DNA of 64,000 bases from assembly GCA_965637545.1 (NCBI GenBank), contig OZ281499.1:25172001-25236000 (forward strand), in the 5' to 3' direction. The notes beneath the pieces were generated by a model. That model was not told the DNA's origin. It was given only the letters and a program-made list of their open reading frames with translations, and ran no database searches. This stretch comes from Phallusia mammillata. Taxonomy: Eukaryota. The translations under genes were made by a program, and so were the position numbers. Positions 19,956 to 33,500 of the stretch are shown piece after piece (positions within the stretch are counted from its first letter, which is position 1; the number at the start of each line of letters is the position of its first letter).

Positions 19956-21575
19956 TAAAATCTGACTTTTCAAGTGTTAGTTACCTCTCTTGCGCTGTCT
20001 AGCGGATGTGTTGAATTGTACGAAGGCCTGACCGCTATTCTTCAATTGTTTGCTCTTTCATTTCTACAGAATTTCAACTTTTAAAAACACTGAAATATTG
20101 CTAGAACAATTTTTTTTTTAAGTCATAAGCTTATTTTGTACTCACGTACCTCGAACATACTCGCTTGGAACGCTGTGTCATAGATTTACATAATTTGTTT
20201 TCACCACACCCTGGCCTCAGTAACTCTTTAGCACATTGCCACAAAGTTTAACCGTCATTGGCCAACGCGTACAAAGTTGCGACTTTAAACCCAAATATTT
20301 GTTTTTGTGTGTGTGTTTTTTTCGTTTTTTTACTTGGTGCTACTTTGAAGTTCAAACGTGTGCTGTTTTAACGTGCAATAATTTGAAAATGAACGAACAA
20401 AGTTTATTTACGCACGAGTAAGGATTTAAATTGGGAAAATCAAGCTTTCCCACTCAAATGACTAAATTTGTTCTAAAACACGAAGCAAGCATAAGAGTTT
20501 GTAATCAAAAACACCAATGAACTTTGGTTATGCAACGTAGATTTTAAAACAAATATTTTAAGAATGCGCCACATAAGACAGTCTTTTTATGACAGCACGA
20601 TCAACTTGGGTCTTACACTGTATAATATGAAATAAACAAACGGTCTTTGTTCAGGTTTTTGTTTATTAATATTTTCCGATGACGCTATTAACGCCACTCT
20701 GTACACCCACGTGTTTGTACCAAACAACGAAGCTACCTCATCTACAACGTAAAAGCTCAACAAAGTAAACTGAAACAGGTAAAGAAGCGCGTTCGGTAAG
20801 TATCGGACAACATCGGAAATTTTCGGAAAACTTCGGAAAGTCTCGGCAGGTACTCCGTAGTTTTCCAAAAGAAAAATAACGTATTTACAAGGAAAGGAAA
20901 AGAACTATTTTGCGCACCGTTCCCCTGGCAACGTACACATGACGTACAGAAGTGGGGAGCGCGATGCGCTTGTCACTAAAGAAAGAAAAACGGAGAAGAA
21001 TTCCCTAGGTGTGTTTTGAACTCTCTGAATTAGAAGCGCAGGATGCTCGAAATGCACTGGAGGGCGCAGTTGCGTCAAATTTCTAATTACAATTGGGTCC
21101 ACTAAAATCGGGCGCACGGTTTGTAATCTACGAAATTAAATACAAGATTTTGTGCAGAAAAGCCAATTCACCACGCGAAAAACGAATATTTCAACTAAAA
21201 ACTATTTTTCTTGGGAATTGAATTACCAAAATGCAACTTACGACACGATATAGTGAAAACAAAAAGCAAAAGATGAATAATGGCGGGTATAAAGCAGGCT
21301 TGCGGAACAAACGCCTGCAAAAAAAGACATTGGCACAACGCCAAATATGACGTAACAATCATTAAAAGGTTCCCGAACAAAAGTACGCGGCGATAATAAA
21401 TAATCGAAACAATCTGGCACCTTCATCTTATCATATTTACACTTTTTACCACAATCTGTCACAAACCGACTTCGCCAACCTTCACTGCGCATGCGCGAAC
21501 CTTCATCACACGTCACAATCCATTGACATTGTGACGTCACTCTGCGTCTGGTCGCCGTAAAGACACTTCGTGACG

Positions 21576-24500
21576 TCATTGCTGACCGTAGAACGGCCCA
21601 ACCCCAGAAATGGGGGGTGAGTAGCCCGCCATGACGTCACGAACGGGGGTATCAGTAGGAGTTGGTGAACCGTCGCGCATGTCAACGCTTTGTTTGAATT
21701 TTAGAGTCAAATCTCGAACTACATCTGATTGTTCCATTGTGTCGTCATAATTTGACGTCATAGAGCCGTGATTGTTATTGTTTGTGTTGTAACAATATCC
21801 GTTGTTAAAATGTTGATTGGCAAGTTCGTTGCTGTCGGGCGGTAGGAAGGTCGACATGAGTTTGGTGACCGGGCTTTGGGGAACTGTTGGCGGTTGCACG
21901 GGCTTTGGGACGTTCGAAGTCCGGCGTACTGAGTTGAATTTACTCGAAGGTTTCCTCCGAATGGTGGCAGTGCCCGGGCTTGTGATTTGAGTTGATATCA
22001 CTGTAAATGTTTGAGTTAAATAAATAAGAAATCCAATATTGGGGTAAAAATCCGCAAAAACCAACAACTTACTGGTTGGAACGCCGGCTGTGGACGCTGG
22101 TCGACGGTTGCGCGCGTTTCCATGGTGATTGTCACGTGATCTAGGCATTGTTGACCAGGTTTGGTAGTCCACGTGACCTGTTACGTCATCGCCATTGGTC
22201 GAACTGTAATCTGTGTCTGCAAAGAGATTTTTTGTGTAAATGCCAGGTTTATGAAAGCGTTTGTCCAATTCCTTTCAGTATTTAACGTTTTTGACAAATA
22301 GCTATTGTTACAAGCTGGTCCAGGTGTACACCAAAACAAAGTATTAACTAAGGGACATTTGAACTTAATACAGTAAGCCGGTTTTTCTATGGTTCAGCCG
22401 GTGCCAGTATATTAAAAGGTGGAACCTGTGTAGGTGGAAATTTAGAATTAAGTAAAATAAGGTTTTATTTTCAACAGCTAGAAAAAAAAACATCATGCAG
22501 AAATACACAAACAATAAAAAACTTTGTAGTCAGACCGATTTTATAATCTTACCGTGTGAAGCAATCGTATCTTCTGAACATGCGGGAGTAGTGTTCTGGC
22601 TGCTGTAACCACTACTGCTTGAATATTGCAAGCTGTGGTTACTGTTCTTCCGTCCCAGGGTCATGCAGGTAAATTCCCCTTGGATGGGGTTAGGGGTCGC
22701 ATACAGGGGCCTCGTCAGCTTCATTTCGTCTTTAGCGGGCTGTACCGGGGGCTTTGGTTCGTGAATGGGTCCTTGTCCGTTTGTTATTTCTGAAAACGAC
22801 AATACAAGGAATTTTAGCCTTCTTTTTCATCAAATGGGTCCTAAACTCAGGTAGAAATTCCCAATTCAAGTGTTACCCTAAATATTAAAACCTTAAAAAT
22901 GTGTTTTATCCCGCTTTTTATTTTGTTTTCAGACACTGATGATGCTTATAAAAGCGAAGTGCATTTGTTTCGCAAAACAAATCAAACACAACGACAGATT
23001 TAGTGGTTTTCACTAGTGATGCACCGAACCCGCCTAAAAAGGTTCGGGCCGAAACCGAATATTCGGCCTTGAGGCCGAATTATTTCGGCCGAATCAGGCC
23101 GAACCTAAAATCCCCATTTATGGATGTTTTCAACTGAAACTTTTGTTGTTGATACGAGTGACCTCAATTATGACAAACCAAAATAACTTTCACAATGCGT
23201 AAGCTTTGCTAAACTTGTAATATTTTGCAGACAACGTGGCTCGTAATTTATAAATATAACAAATAGTTAATTTATGATGTTTCGTATTGGCGAAAATGAA
23301 ATTTAAGGCTTCGATTCCATGTAACAAAAAAGTTCGGTTTCGGCCGAATTTTCAAAAAAGTTCGGGCCGAAACCGAAACATTGGAAAACAACGGATTCGG
23401 CCGAAAGGTTTCGGCCAACCGAAACTTCGGTGCATCACTAGTTTTCACACTGAATTTTCTTGATCTGATTGTTATGACCCTGAATCGTAGCGGTTGTTTT
23501 ACTTGAAAGGAGATTTCATTGACAAGAAAAGATTTACTTGAAATGATGTATTTTAAATTTTAGGTTTTCTTAAAATTTTTATGAATTAAAAAATGTGAAG
23601 TGGGGATTTACCTTCCGGTGGTGGCGGGGGCAGTGGTTCATCAGAAGCGGGGGCTTCTCCTGGGGCCAAGTCTGGTGGTGGTGGGAGGGGCAGGGAATCT
23701 TCATCTACTTCCTGAGTCCCAGTAAATATAAACGCGGCGGGTTTTGGGGGTCGTTCAGGGGATTTTAGGCCCCCGTCTACAGTGACATGACTTGACCCCG
23801 CAAAATGGGGCTCAGACACGTGACGTAGCATAGGGGGCGGTGCTTTCCCTTCACTGAAGCCACCCAATGACTGACGGTGCTGCAGGGTTCCGTGGTGGGG
23901 TCGCGGTGACAGTACTGGGGGTCCGGTGGGCTTGCTGGGTAGAATATGGTTGGGGTTAGGTGATGATGGCGGCTGCTGGTCGTAGGGACCTGGAAAAAAG
24001 GAAATAATATTGTCCGAAATGCTAATATGGGAATAAAATTAACAACGAGAAGAAAAAAAAACAGTTACACCCTTTTGTTGCATACAAAGACGATTAAAAT
24101 ATTTTTAAAAACACATCAATTACGATTTAGTTATTTTACATTTAGTGCGTCACCAACTAGAGCATGGCATGAAGGGGTAAAAACTTGTTTAAAAAACATT
24201 TTTTCTGTCAAAAATCAATGCTATGACGTCATACGGCTTGTGATGGCATCAATCGTAAATTAAAAGTTAGTTACTCTACACATTTTAAGTCACAAATTCA
24301 GAGCATGGTCTGAAAGGAGAGAAAACGTTGTTCGAGGAAACCCATACCTGGACGAGACCAGTCCTTCCACGAAAGCGGTCTGTTCGGTCCACTGTGTGGC
24401 ACCACAGAATCGGGTAATTGAGCTGAGTTGGGTCGAGTTCGGATGAGCGGAGATACTATGTCCGTAGTGTTGTCCAAGTTCTGGTAAAACACAGAAAATA

Positions 24501-27500
24501 AACTTAGGTATAATTTTCACTGTTTTGAATAATCTGAGCAAAAAATCAGAGCCAGTATATTGATGTAAAACATAACGACGTTTCGACAAGTGCTATTGTC
24601 ATCATCAGGTTATAAGAATTAAAACGACAGAAGGCATGCAACTAGGTGACGCACAAAGGAAAAAAATGGCGACTTTGAATTCTTATAACCTGATGATGAC
24701 AATAGCACTTGTCGAAACGTCGCAAAAAATAGGTATTTTATACCTTGTCATTAGGTAGAGGAGGTTTGGCCGTTATTTGGGGGTTCGTTTCGTTGGATGA
24801 GAGATTTATAGGTGGCATTGTGACGTTGCTGTTGCCCTGGGAGACGAATCCAGAGTCATGTGAAGACACAGATGAGAGTCGAGCCACTGCAGAACCAGCT
24901 GGAGCCGATTTACATGAAGTCGGACTTCCTTGTCCTGTTGTTGTGGTGCTCGTACTGCTACTGTTCGTACGACGGTGAAAACTCTGCGCAGAAGGAAATA
25001 ATTTCCTCATAAAATACATTAAAACGTTGATTGCACTTGTTAGAAATTTATCCATTCCCATAAATGCAAATATGTGAATCAATTGTGAAATGATAGCACA
25101 CAAGTACTATTGAAGGTGTTGTACCGAATCAGCCAGTCACCATGCATTCCCACATATGGAAAAGCGTACATGGTAGAAAAATCTAGCCTGCGGTGGGATT
25201 CGAACCCACGACAGAAGTCTTTCCGGAACTTTTCAGCATTTATGTTCATCCTAATCAAATTAAAAAAATCTGTATTGCGATTAAACAGAAGTCTTATTTA
25301 CGATCATAAACAGTAGTGGCCTAAAACCGCACTTTAGCAATTAAAGTCCAATAACTTTCTTATCAAATCGTTTTTTGTTCAACATTTTCACGCCTTTTCG
25401 TGCTGTATATTTAGTTGCATGTGTTTAGTAGGCAGTTTCCTGCTGGCATGTGGATACACTGTGGTTAGGGTAAAATCGACAATGACTGTGCAGCATGGTG
25501 GGAAGCTTGTACGAGACAAACAAGCCGTAAATACTGATTCGGTTTAGCGCTGGGCTGATCTGACGAAACAAGTTAATAATTGGCTGGGGTTTATTGGGGC
25601 TAGGGCCGGAAGCAAATACAAAGTTTACTGGCTACGTTCTCACAAAGAACTTTACATACAATATTCTATTTGAATAAGGTATACACCTAAATCATAAAAT
25701 GCATATGCTAAGACAGTGTGGTCCAACTTTATTTTGTTGCGGGCCATTCAAAATCGTTAACTTACAACGCGGGCCAAGGTTTAAATATTTGCAGAAAAAA
25801 ACTTTTCTGGGTCAAACTCTAGAGTAACTATATACCTTTTTTTACATGTAGATAAGTTTATTTTCATATTTTATAGTTATTTACTAAGTAGAAGCTGTCA
25901 AAAACATTCAGTTTCCACTCTAACGCAAAAATGCCCCTGAACCGTTTATGGAAGCAGAACCCTTTATTACATAACAATGCCTTGTCATGCGTCACAATAC
26001 GAGATTTTACAGTATTTAGTGTGTGTTAATCCTCACATTTTAAAACCATTGAATTATTGAAAACAAAACTTATAGTTGTCATTAAAATGTTGGGACTTAT
26101 AATTCGCGGGCTAACAAAATTATCTCGCGGGCCACAATTGGCCCGCGGGCCTGCAGTTGGACCACGCTGTGCTAAGAGCTAATTTTTGGATGTTTTTGAC
26201 GATTGTGATGATTGTTTTTGAGGAATTTTCACTTGCCAAGAAAACTGTAACTGAGACCAACAAGCACAGGAAATGCACAGGTCATGTCCTATTTTGTGTC
26301 ATTTTGATGTTTTTTCGCTTTTACTTTTTTAGTGATGGTTCTGACAGGCTTTTACTTGCCAAGAGAACTGTGGGTTAGTTTTGAGTACGTTGACATAAAG
26401 CTAAAAGCAAAAAGCACCTATTGCGAAGCTAATGCATAAACCAAAGCAACATTCTCTTTAACTTCCCCGTTGTTGTCAGCAAACTTGCGCAATTTCCTCT
26501 CAACTAAATGAAAAACTTCCCCCAGTCTAATAAGTTCAACTACAGTACAGAGGAAAAATAAAAGAACTGCGAACTTTAACATACAATAAAACTACTCAAG
26601 GCATCCATCTGTTTTGATACCAAAAAGTGTTTGTTAAAATGCTCGTCTTGTATTTACACCAAATAATGTTGAAATATTTGACATTTCTCAATATAACCCA
26701 AGTGTGTTTTTATCTATTTAACATAGCTTTATGTTATTTAGAAGAAATATAATTTACCTGATATCTGTGATGGTGAAAAGTTGATGACGTGTTATGGTTT
26801 AAAGAACCGCTTGAACGGGAATCGGAACTGTTCAAACTGTGGAAGAAATAAAAGACTTTTTAATTCCATAGATCATTTTTACACTATCTCTTTAAAATAA
26901 GAAGCCCTAATATGCATCTATGAGTATGACCCGTTTAAAATGCTAGCTTGACACCAAAACACAGTAAAACAGCTAGCATGTCTTACGGACATGTGAATGC
27001 ATGTTATGGACATGCATCGTAACATCGCATGTGACACCTCTTGTACATGTTAACAAGGTAACGTTGAACGCCTGCTGTTAAATTTACCTGCACAACGAAG
27101 ATTTCCTGCTTCCGCTGAGCCCAGGTGAAGCTGGGGGGCTCGAAGCGTTGAAGGTTCCAAATCCACCGTTGTTTAAATTCGAACCATCCTGTTAAAATAA
27201 CGTCTGGTTAGTTGTGATTGAAATTACAGGATGTTTGGATGCAAATACTCAACCCGGTCCGGTGCTTGTTACCGGTGTTCTATGTATAACAATTTAGGCT
27301 TCAAGCATACAACCGTTTTTGAATGTATAATTTTGGGACTTGTGTATGGACCGCTAGGTCATCCGGGGTCAAACTTCAAATAACTAACTAACATGTGTGT
27401 AAATTTGAACAAGTTTGAAGCACTCTTTCTTGACAAAACGTATGGAACAAACCAGCGTCAATCAGGCAAAAACAACATGTGCCCCCTTCAAAAAAGGACA

Positions 27501-30500
27501 CTTAAAATCAGTTATTTCAGCTTCAAGAAACAAAGATATCAAAGTGCATTAACGTATATGTGTGCTCGTAAAAACAATCGTTTCAGCTAGGTCATAAATG
27601 GCAATCTTCTTATATAGGGCGAATTTATGCATGAATGTCACAAGCACAACTTACAGGTAAAGGGGAGTTAGGGGCTTGGCCGTTGATGCAGACGAAATCT
27701 TGGACGAGTTGATCAGTTGATGTCGGGAGTTGTTTTGGATTACGACACAGCCTCGTGACATCACTACCTAACTCGTGGAGATGGCTTACTTCGTTCATCA
27801 TTGAGATTTGGGATTCCTGCAAAAAATAGTGATACAGCGTAATTCTTGTGCCCGCCTTTAGACACTGAAGATAACGCATGGGCGAAATATATTTATCTGA
27901 ATTCATAAGGATGAATGACAAAATGATTTAATAAATTTGAATCAAAAATAGAGTTAAGTTAATATACATGTTGTGAATGTTTATTTTGTTATACCTGCAT
28001 TTCGATTGGATAAAGTCAGTAGAAAAAAGCAAAGAATTTTAGCTTAATAATATGATTTACACACATGTTTTGTTAGACGAGGCTTTTTGGAAACAAATCA
28101 TTACAATAAGTTGCTGCAAGACTTCCTAAATCGAGTCTAGTATTGTTATTTAAACTATGATATTTTTTAAATCACACATTAGCGCTTTGAAAGGATGTAC
28201 GATGGTAAAACAACTCGTTTTTTTACGTTTTTAGATTCAATTTAACTTGCTGGCATAAAACTTCTACTTCTAGATTTCACATCTACGACCCTGACACAAA
28301 AAAGGTTGATAAACACAACGAAAGTAATCACTAAGGTGACAAACTCGGATTGAAGGTCAACAAAACAGGTTTGAATTACGTCGAAAGGTCAAATGAAGTT
28401 AATCCGCAAAACGACAATGAAAAACAAAGTTCGTCCAATCATGGCGTCTCACTGACACACGAGATACAAAAACACGAACAATACGCCGAAAAAATCACCT
28501 CATTATTTCGGCAACGGACTGGAATAAGATTACAAGACTGAATGAGCTTTGGGGCGTCTTTGTACACAAGTCATATTGATAGCACAGTCAAGGCTTACTT
28601 TATGCCGGTGCCAATGTGAAAGTGTCATATAGTGAGTGAGTGGCAAGATTAGCCCAAAGTTTGTGTCCAAAACACTAACGGCGCCGGTAGGAGCTTATCA
28701 AGCGATCACGTGGCATCAACATTACACAGAAACCGTATTACTCGAAAACAGTGGTTACTTGTTTGTGAATTGCAACTTCGCTATTTCACTAAATACGGTA
28801 GTAAATAAAGATCCATGGTACGGGGTACAAAGACTATTTCTGCGTCAATTTTAATTTCAGAAAAAAATATTTTTTTTCATGATCTTGAAACTGAAATTAA
28901 TTCAAATTTTCATACTTTTTCAACTGTAAAAAATAAACTTTTTTTCACTTATAACATTTCGGTTATTTTAAGCATACACACATCTTATTTGAAATGTAAA
29001 ATTGTACGCAATTGTGAAGTGCACTTGCTGGTGTATAACACAGCAGAAAAAATGTGTATTTTTACAAAGTTTGTCTAGTAACACAGACAAATTGCATACC
29101 ATTGTCATCACCACCAAACTCTATTCACATTATTTCAATGGCTATTCACAAAAAGGCGGAAGTCTTTATCCTGGTTTATTTGATCAGGGCAAAATTATTT
29201 CTTCGCGGAGGCAAAAGTTCAACAAATATTTTTTTAGTGATTCATGTTAGGTTAAAATTTTTATGGTAAGCTTACAGGTATTTGTAGGATGAACTCTTAG
29301 TAAATTACGCCACCCACATATTCTGTGCTTACCAGGTATGTTAATGGCCATGTAAGGTAACGCTGTGGATTATTTATTGTGAATCAGCAAATATTTCACA
29401 ATAAATTTGACTTTCATGAAATTTAATAATATGACTCAAGTGAGAATAGGCTCTTTTTCAAAAAATGATATAAATTTTATATGTTTTGTTAATAAACCCA
29501 AAATAGTAAGCACACTAATATTTACTGGAAAAAAAACTGTTTATTTTAGTTTTTAAAATAATGAATAATAAGGTTGTTACACATAAAATTCCTTTCCACA
29601 AATTGGGGTATTTTTGTATTTTTTTGGTGTCATTATTTGTGATTTAAAAAGGTTTGCAGCAATTTTTCCACATTTAAACCATTAATACCACAAAATTGTT
29701 AGACTTGGACAAATATTTTTAAGTCCTAAGTAATTTGGGGTGACAAATTTAACACATATGTAACTTTAGGAGTTAACCAACCCAAATATAACGCACACAG
29801 ACCGCAGATCATAATATATTTGACAGAGTTTTGAACATTACACATTGGCCAGACACAGGAGACGTTCGGTAAACAGTAATTAAGCTGACGGACAAAGTTT
29901 AGTGCGAACAAAGTCTAGCGCGGAGCCAGACACCAAAGTTTAACAACTCAACGCTACTACAACGTTAATTGTTAACTTAGACAAAAATCATCGATGGTTT
30001 GTTAGTGTAAATGTCATATTTTATGGCAATCATATGAGAATATTGAAAAGCAGAAAAATCAAGGTCATTTGCCAAAATGCAAAGGTCAAAAAACATCATA
30101 AAAAAGGCAAATATTTCTTTTACAAAAATGTTTTAGGTTCTAAACTGTTTATAGAAAGAATTTTTACATGTGGTAAACTTTATGTTTGTTAATAATTTGA
30201 CTGTATTAAATGCACAAAGTAATTTGTCACTTTCTAAAATCATAGAAACAATCCTGGGGAATTAACGACTTGTTATGTACAGCACAAAGTGTAATTAATT
30301 AATCTACATTTGTATGTTTTGTTGATTAATTTACCATGGTGGTAAGAGCTAATTTGCATGTGACATTTTCAAAGTGTAGTTTATTATGTCAACTGTCAAT
30401 TAGACCTCATCACTTTATAGGTGTTATTTTCAATATGTCAACAAATTCCTAGAAACGACATGCAGCAAGGTATGAAATGTTAAACCTCTCAAAAATGCCA

Positions 30501-33500
30501 TTAAGCAAACAGGTATTTCATATGCTTCGAATGTGGTCGGTCCAAAGGACATAATGTGTAATTAACGCAGGAAAACATTTGAAAAGTTGAAATGAGGATT
30601 ATTGATTGGCAGTTAATAAGCATGTTTGGTGCTTCGCAAAGCCTGTCATTTTATGCCACCTACCAAGTTGTTGCCTGGCTGCAAATGCCATGAGGCCATC
30701 ATACATATTACGATGTACTATAAGTGAAAACAGTGTCAAATTTTGGCAACCCTGACTGTTTTAGTGATAGGTGTCAAAAATATAGTACTGTTTAAATGGC
30801 AGAAGGCACCACAGACAACTGAGAAAAATATAGCAATCTTATTTTTTGATTTAAACAACACACATTTTGATTTAAAAAAACACAAACTTTTTTACATCAG
30901 TTTGCACTGCCCGTTCATGATATTGAAGGCCCCCCAAAAAAACTGTCTTCTGTAAAAATCTATTTTTCATAATTCTTACCAGCACAGGGGTGAGGCAGTT
31001 AGCAAACAGGCAGACTCTTGTCCTTTCTTCAACGAGCAAATTCCTCAGTGCAGACTTTTCTGTTTCTTCGAGAAGTGTCAGACGCTCATTGACGTCGTGC
31101 ATGGCTGAGTTCAGCTGGAACTGTATATCGGGTTTGCTGCCTGCAGAAAACAAAATGCAATCGGTAATTTGGGTTCAAATAAGAGCACAAAGTACCACAC
31201 AAACAACACAGAACAAAAATTGCACGCTCCTTTAATAAATCCTTTGTTTCAAACTTTGGAAAAAGGTAAAGCTTCAAACAATAAAAAAAGATTATAAAAC
31301 CTTGCAATTTTTTAAAGCAGTTAAATTTTGTTTTCATGTTTGTTCGATTTTCACAAAGTCGCCTTTTATAAACTGTTGGACAAATTCATTGATAAACTTC
31401 TTGCAAATTAGGTGGAAAAAGCCAAATCTGATGCTTTAAGCTTAGTTATGTGTTGAGATTATGAAAGGATTACAAGTTCTGAGTAAGGTGCAAACTGGAA
31501 TCAACACATTAAATGTAAATGAGCTGCAAGTCATGTTGTTCACACAAACTAAACCTGATTAAGAGCCTTAAAATTCTCCAGTAGGTAAGTAAGGCAAAGT
31601 AACACATAAAGCAGTTGTCAGTCATTAACTGTGGTTAGTGCTTTGTTCATTAAGTAGTCAATCATTTCATTTGAGAAAAGCACAGTGATGAAATACACAA
31701 CAACGATTTTAATATGTTTTTCACGGGAAGGATGTGCAATGTACATACAGGATGACAGTATTGCTGAATAGAACACTGACAAGAATTTTAAACCCTTTTT
31801 GTACCTCAAAATATACCAGGATATGCTACACAGCTAAAACATACATCTTTATGTCAATTTTTGTGAGGAATAATAACAATAGGTATTAGTTTAAAATTAA
31901 GATTTTAGGTCCAAAGCCGTATGAAACCGAAATATTCTTTATCCAAGGAAATTAAACTTTCCATTTACCCCTAGCAATATATTGAACACCCTGTTTATAT
32001 ATATATATATATTTTAATTTGATTTTATGTAATACAATTAAATTGACCTTTTCTGGCCTTCTTTTGTAGCCTCAAGGTGTCGCCATTACGTTTCTTGATA
32101 TCATGCATTGCTTTCTTGTACTCTGTGATGTAACAATTAAACAATGGTGAACAAGAACATGTTGATTGTCAACTGATACTCAAACAATGGAATAAAATAC
32201 ATGTGGTTGTTTAATATAGGTATTGTTTCACATTATTTGCTGTGCCAAATGTATTACATTACCAGCTATTTTTAACTTGATAAAGCAAGCTTGAAAACAG
32301 CTTGAATTGGCAGTTGTTTTACCTTTGGCGTGATCCTTTTCCAATTGGTTTGCAACTTTCTTCCATTCTTCAAGTCTGTCTTGTATTGGAGAAATCAGAT
32401 TCTCCAGTAGAGCACTGTAAAGCAAAAATTTGTTGACACATTTACCTCACAAGATTCTTTCCGATTAAGGATTTGATGAATCTTATTACTTTAAAAAAAT
32501 AAGATTCATGAAAAATAATTAACAGAAAACAAGAATATGGACAAACACACATTCTTGTGATATTTAAGTCTTTAAACAGTAGTAACAGATTTTTTTAAGA
32601 AAACAAGAATATGGATCTTAATTTAAGAACATTATTAAAGCATTTTAATAATAATTTGCCTTACTTAGTAAATTGCTTCAGCTTATTTTCAACCATTTTT
32701 TGTCTCACACATATTCTTGTCAATGCACTGCCAATGTCTTTTGTTGATCCTGCACAAATAAAAAAACAAATTAGGTAACATGGTCCACATAATTACATGG
32801 GAAAGTAAAAAATCATCAATTTGGTAAATAAGATATAGTATAAAGCATTGCCAGTGAAGCTAAGAAGCAACAGCTGGCCAGGGTAATACTTCCTATGAAA
32901 TCTGAGCATGGAGCGATAATTTTCCTGTTGTGATGACTACCAAGTATTGGGTCATTATCCCTACAGTGAAGCCATAACACATTGACATAATGTGGACATT
33001 AACAACACAGCCTAATCGAAACATATTTTTAATTGCAGTTAATTGGCACAAAATTTTCACTGAATTACTGCAATATTATATCGTAATGCAAACCAATTGC
33101 ACATCAAATATATCACCAAAATAATTGTCTAGGGCCAAAACAATCCCTATACATATCACCAAACACAATTTATTTTAATATTTTGCAATTAGGAACGTTG
33201 GAAGGGTGACCAGGTTGAAAGGTCAAAGTTCGTGACACAAGTTAAATGCAGCTACTACGAGATCAAGTGCGACATACGGTAATTATAGAGACTTGAGCGA
33301 CTTGGGACGAAAGGTCGGCATTGTCAATTAACGGTAGCAAGCTAATCCTAACCCCAGTGAGCAACCAGCTAACAAGAAAAGCTGGCTGTAAACACAAGTA
33401 GGTCAGGGCTAGGGATAAATCGTGCATGAAGAGCGATTTTGCATGCTCCCCTGAACTGATCCCTTTTGCAGGTAGAATGTAGCCAATCCGGGGCACTGCA

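Noticed and set aside
23040-23430. Repeated GGCCGAA/TTCGG units that look like a CRISPR-type array
   Set aside because: Irregular spacing, inside hAT TIRs with a TSD; these are subterminal repeats in a eukaryotic MITE.
25182-25215. Functional tRNA gene
   Set aside because: Only the T-arm is present; treated as a SINE fragment.
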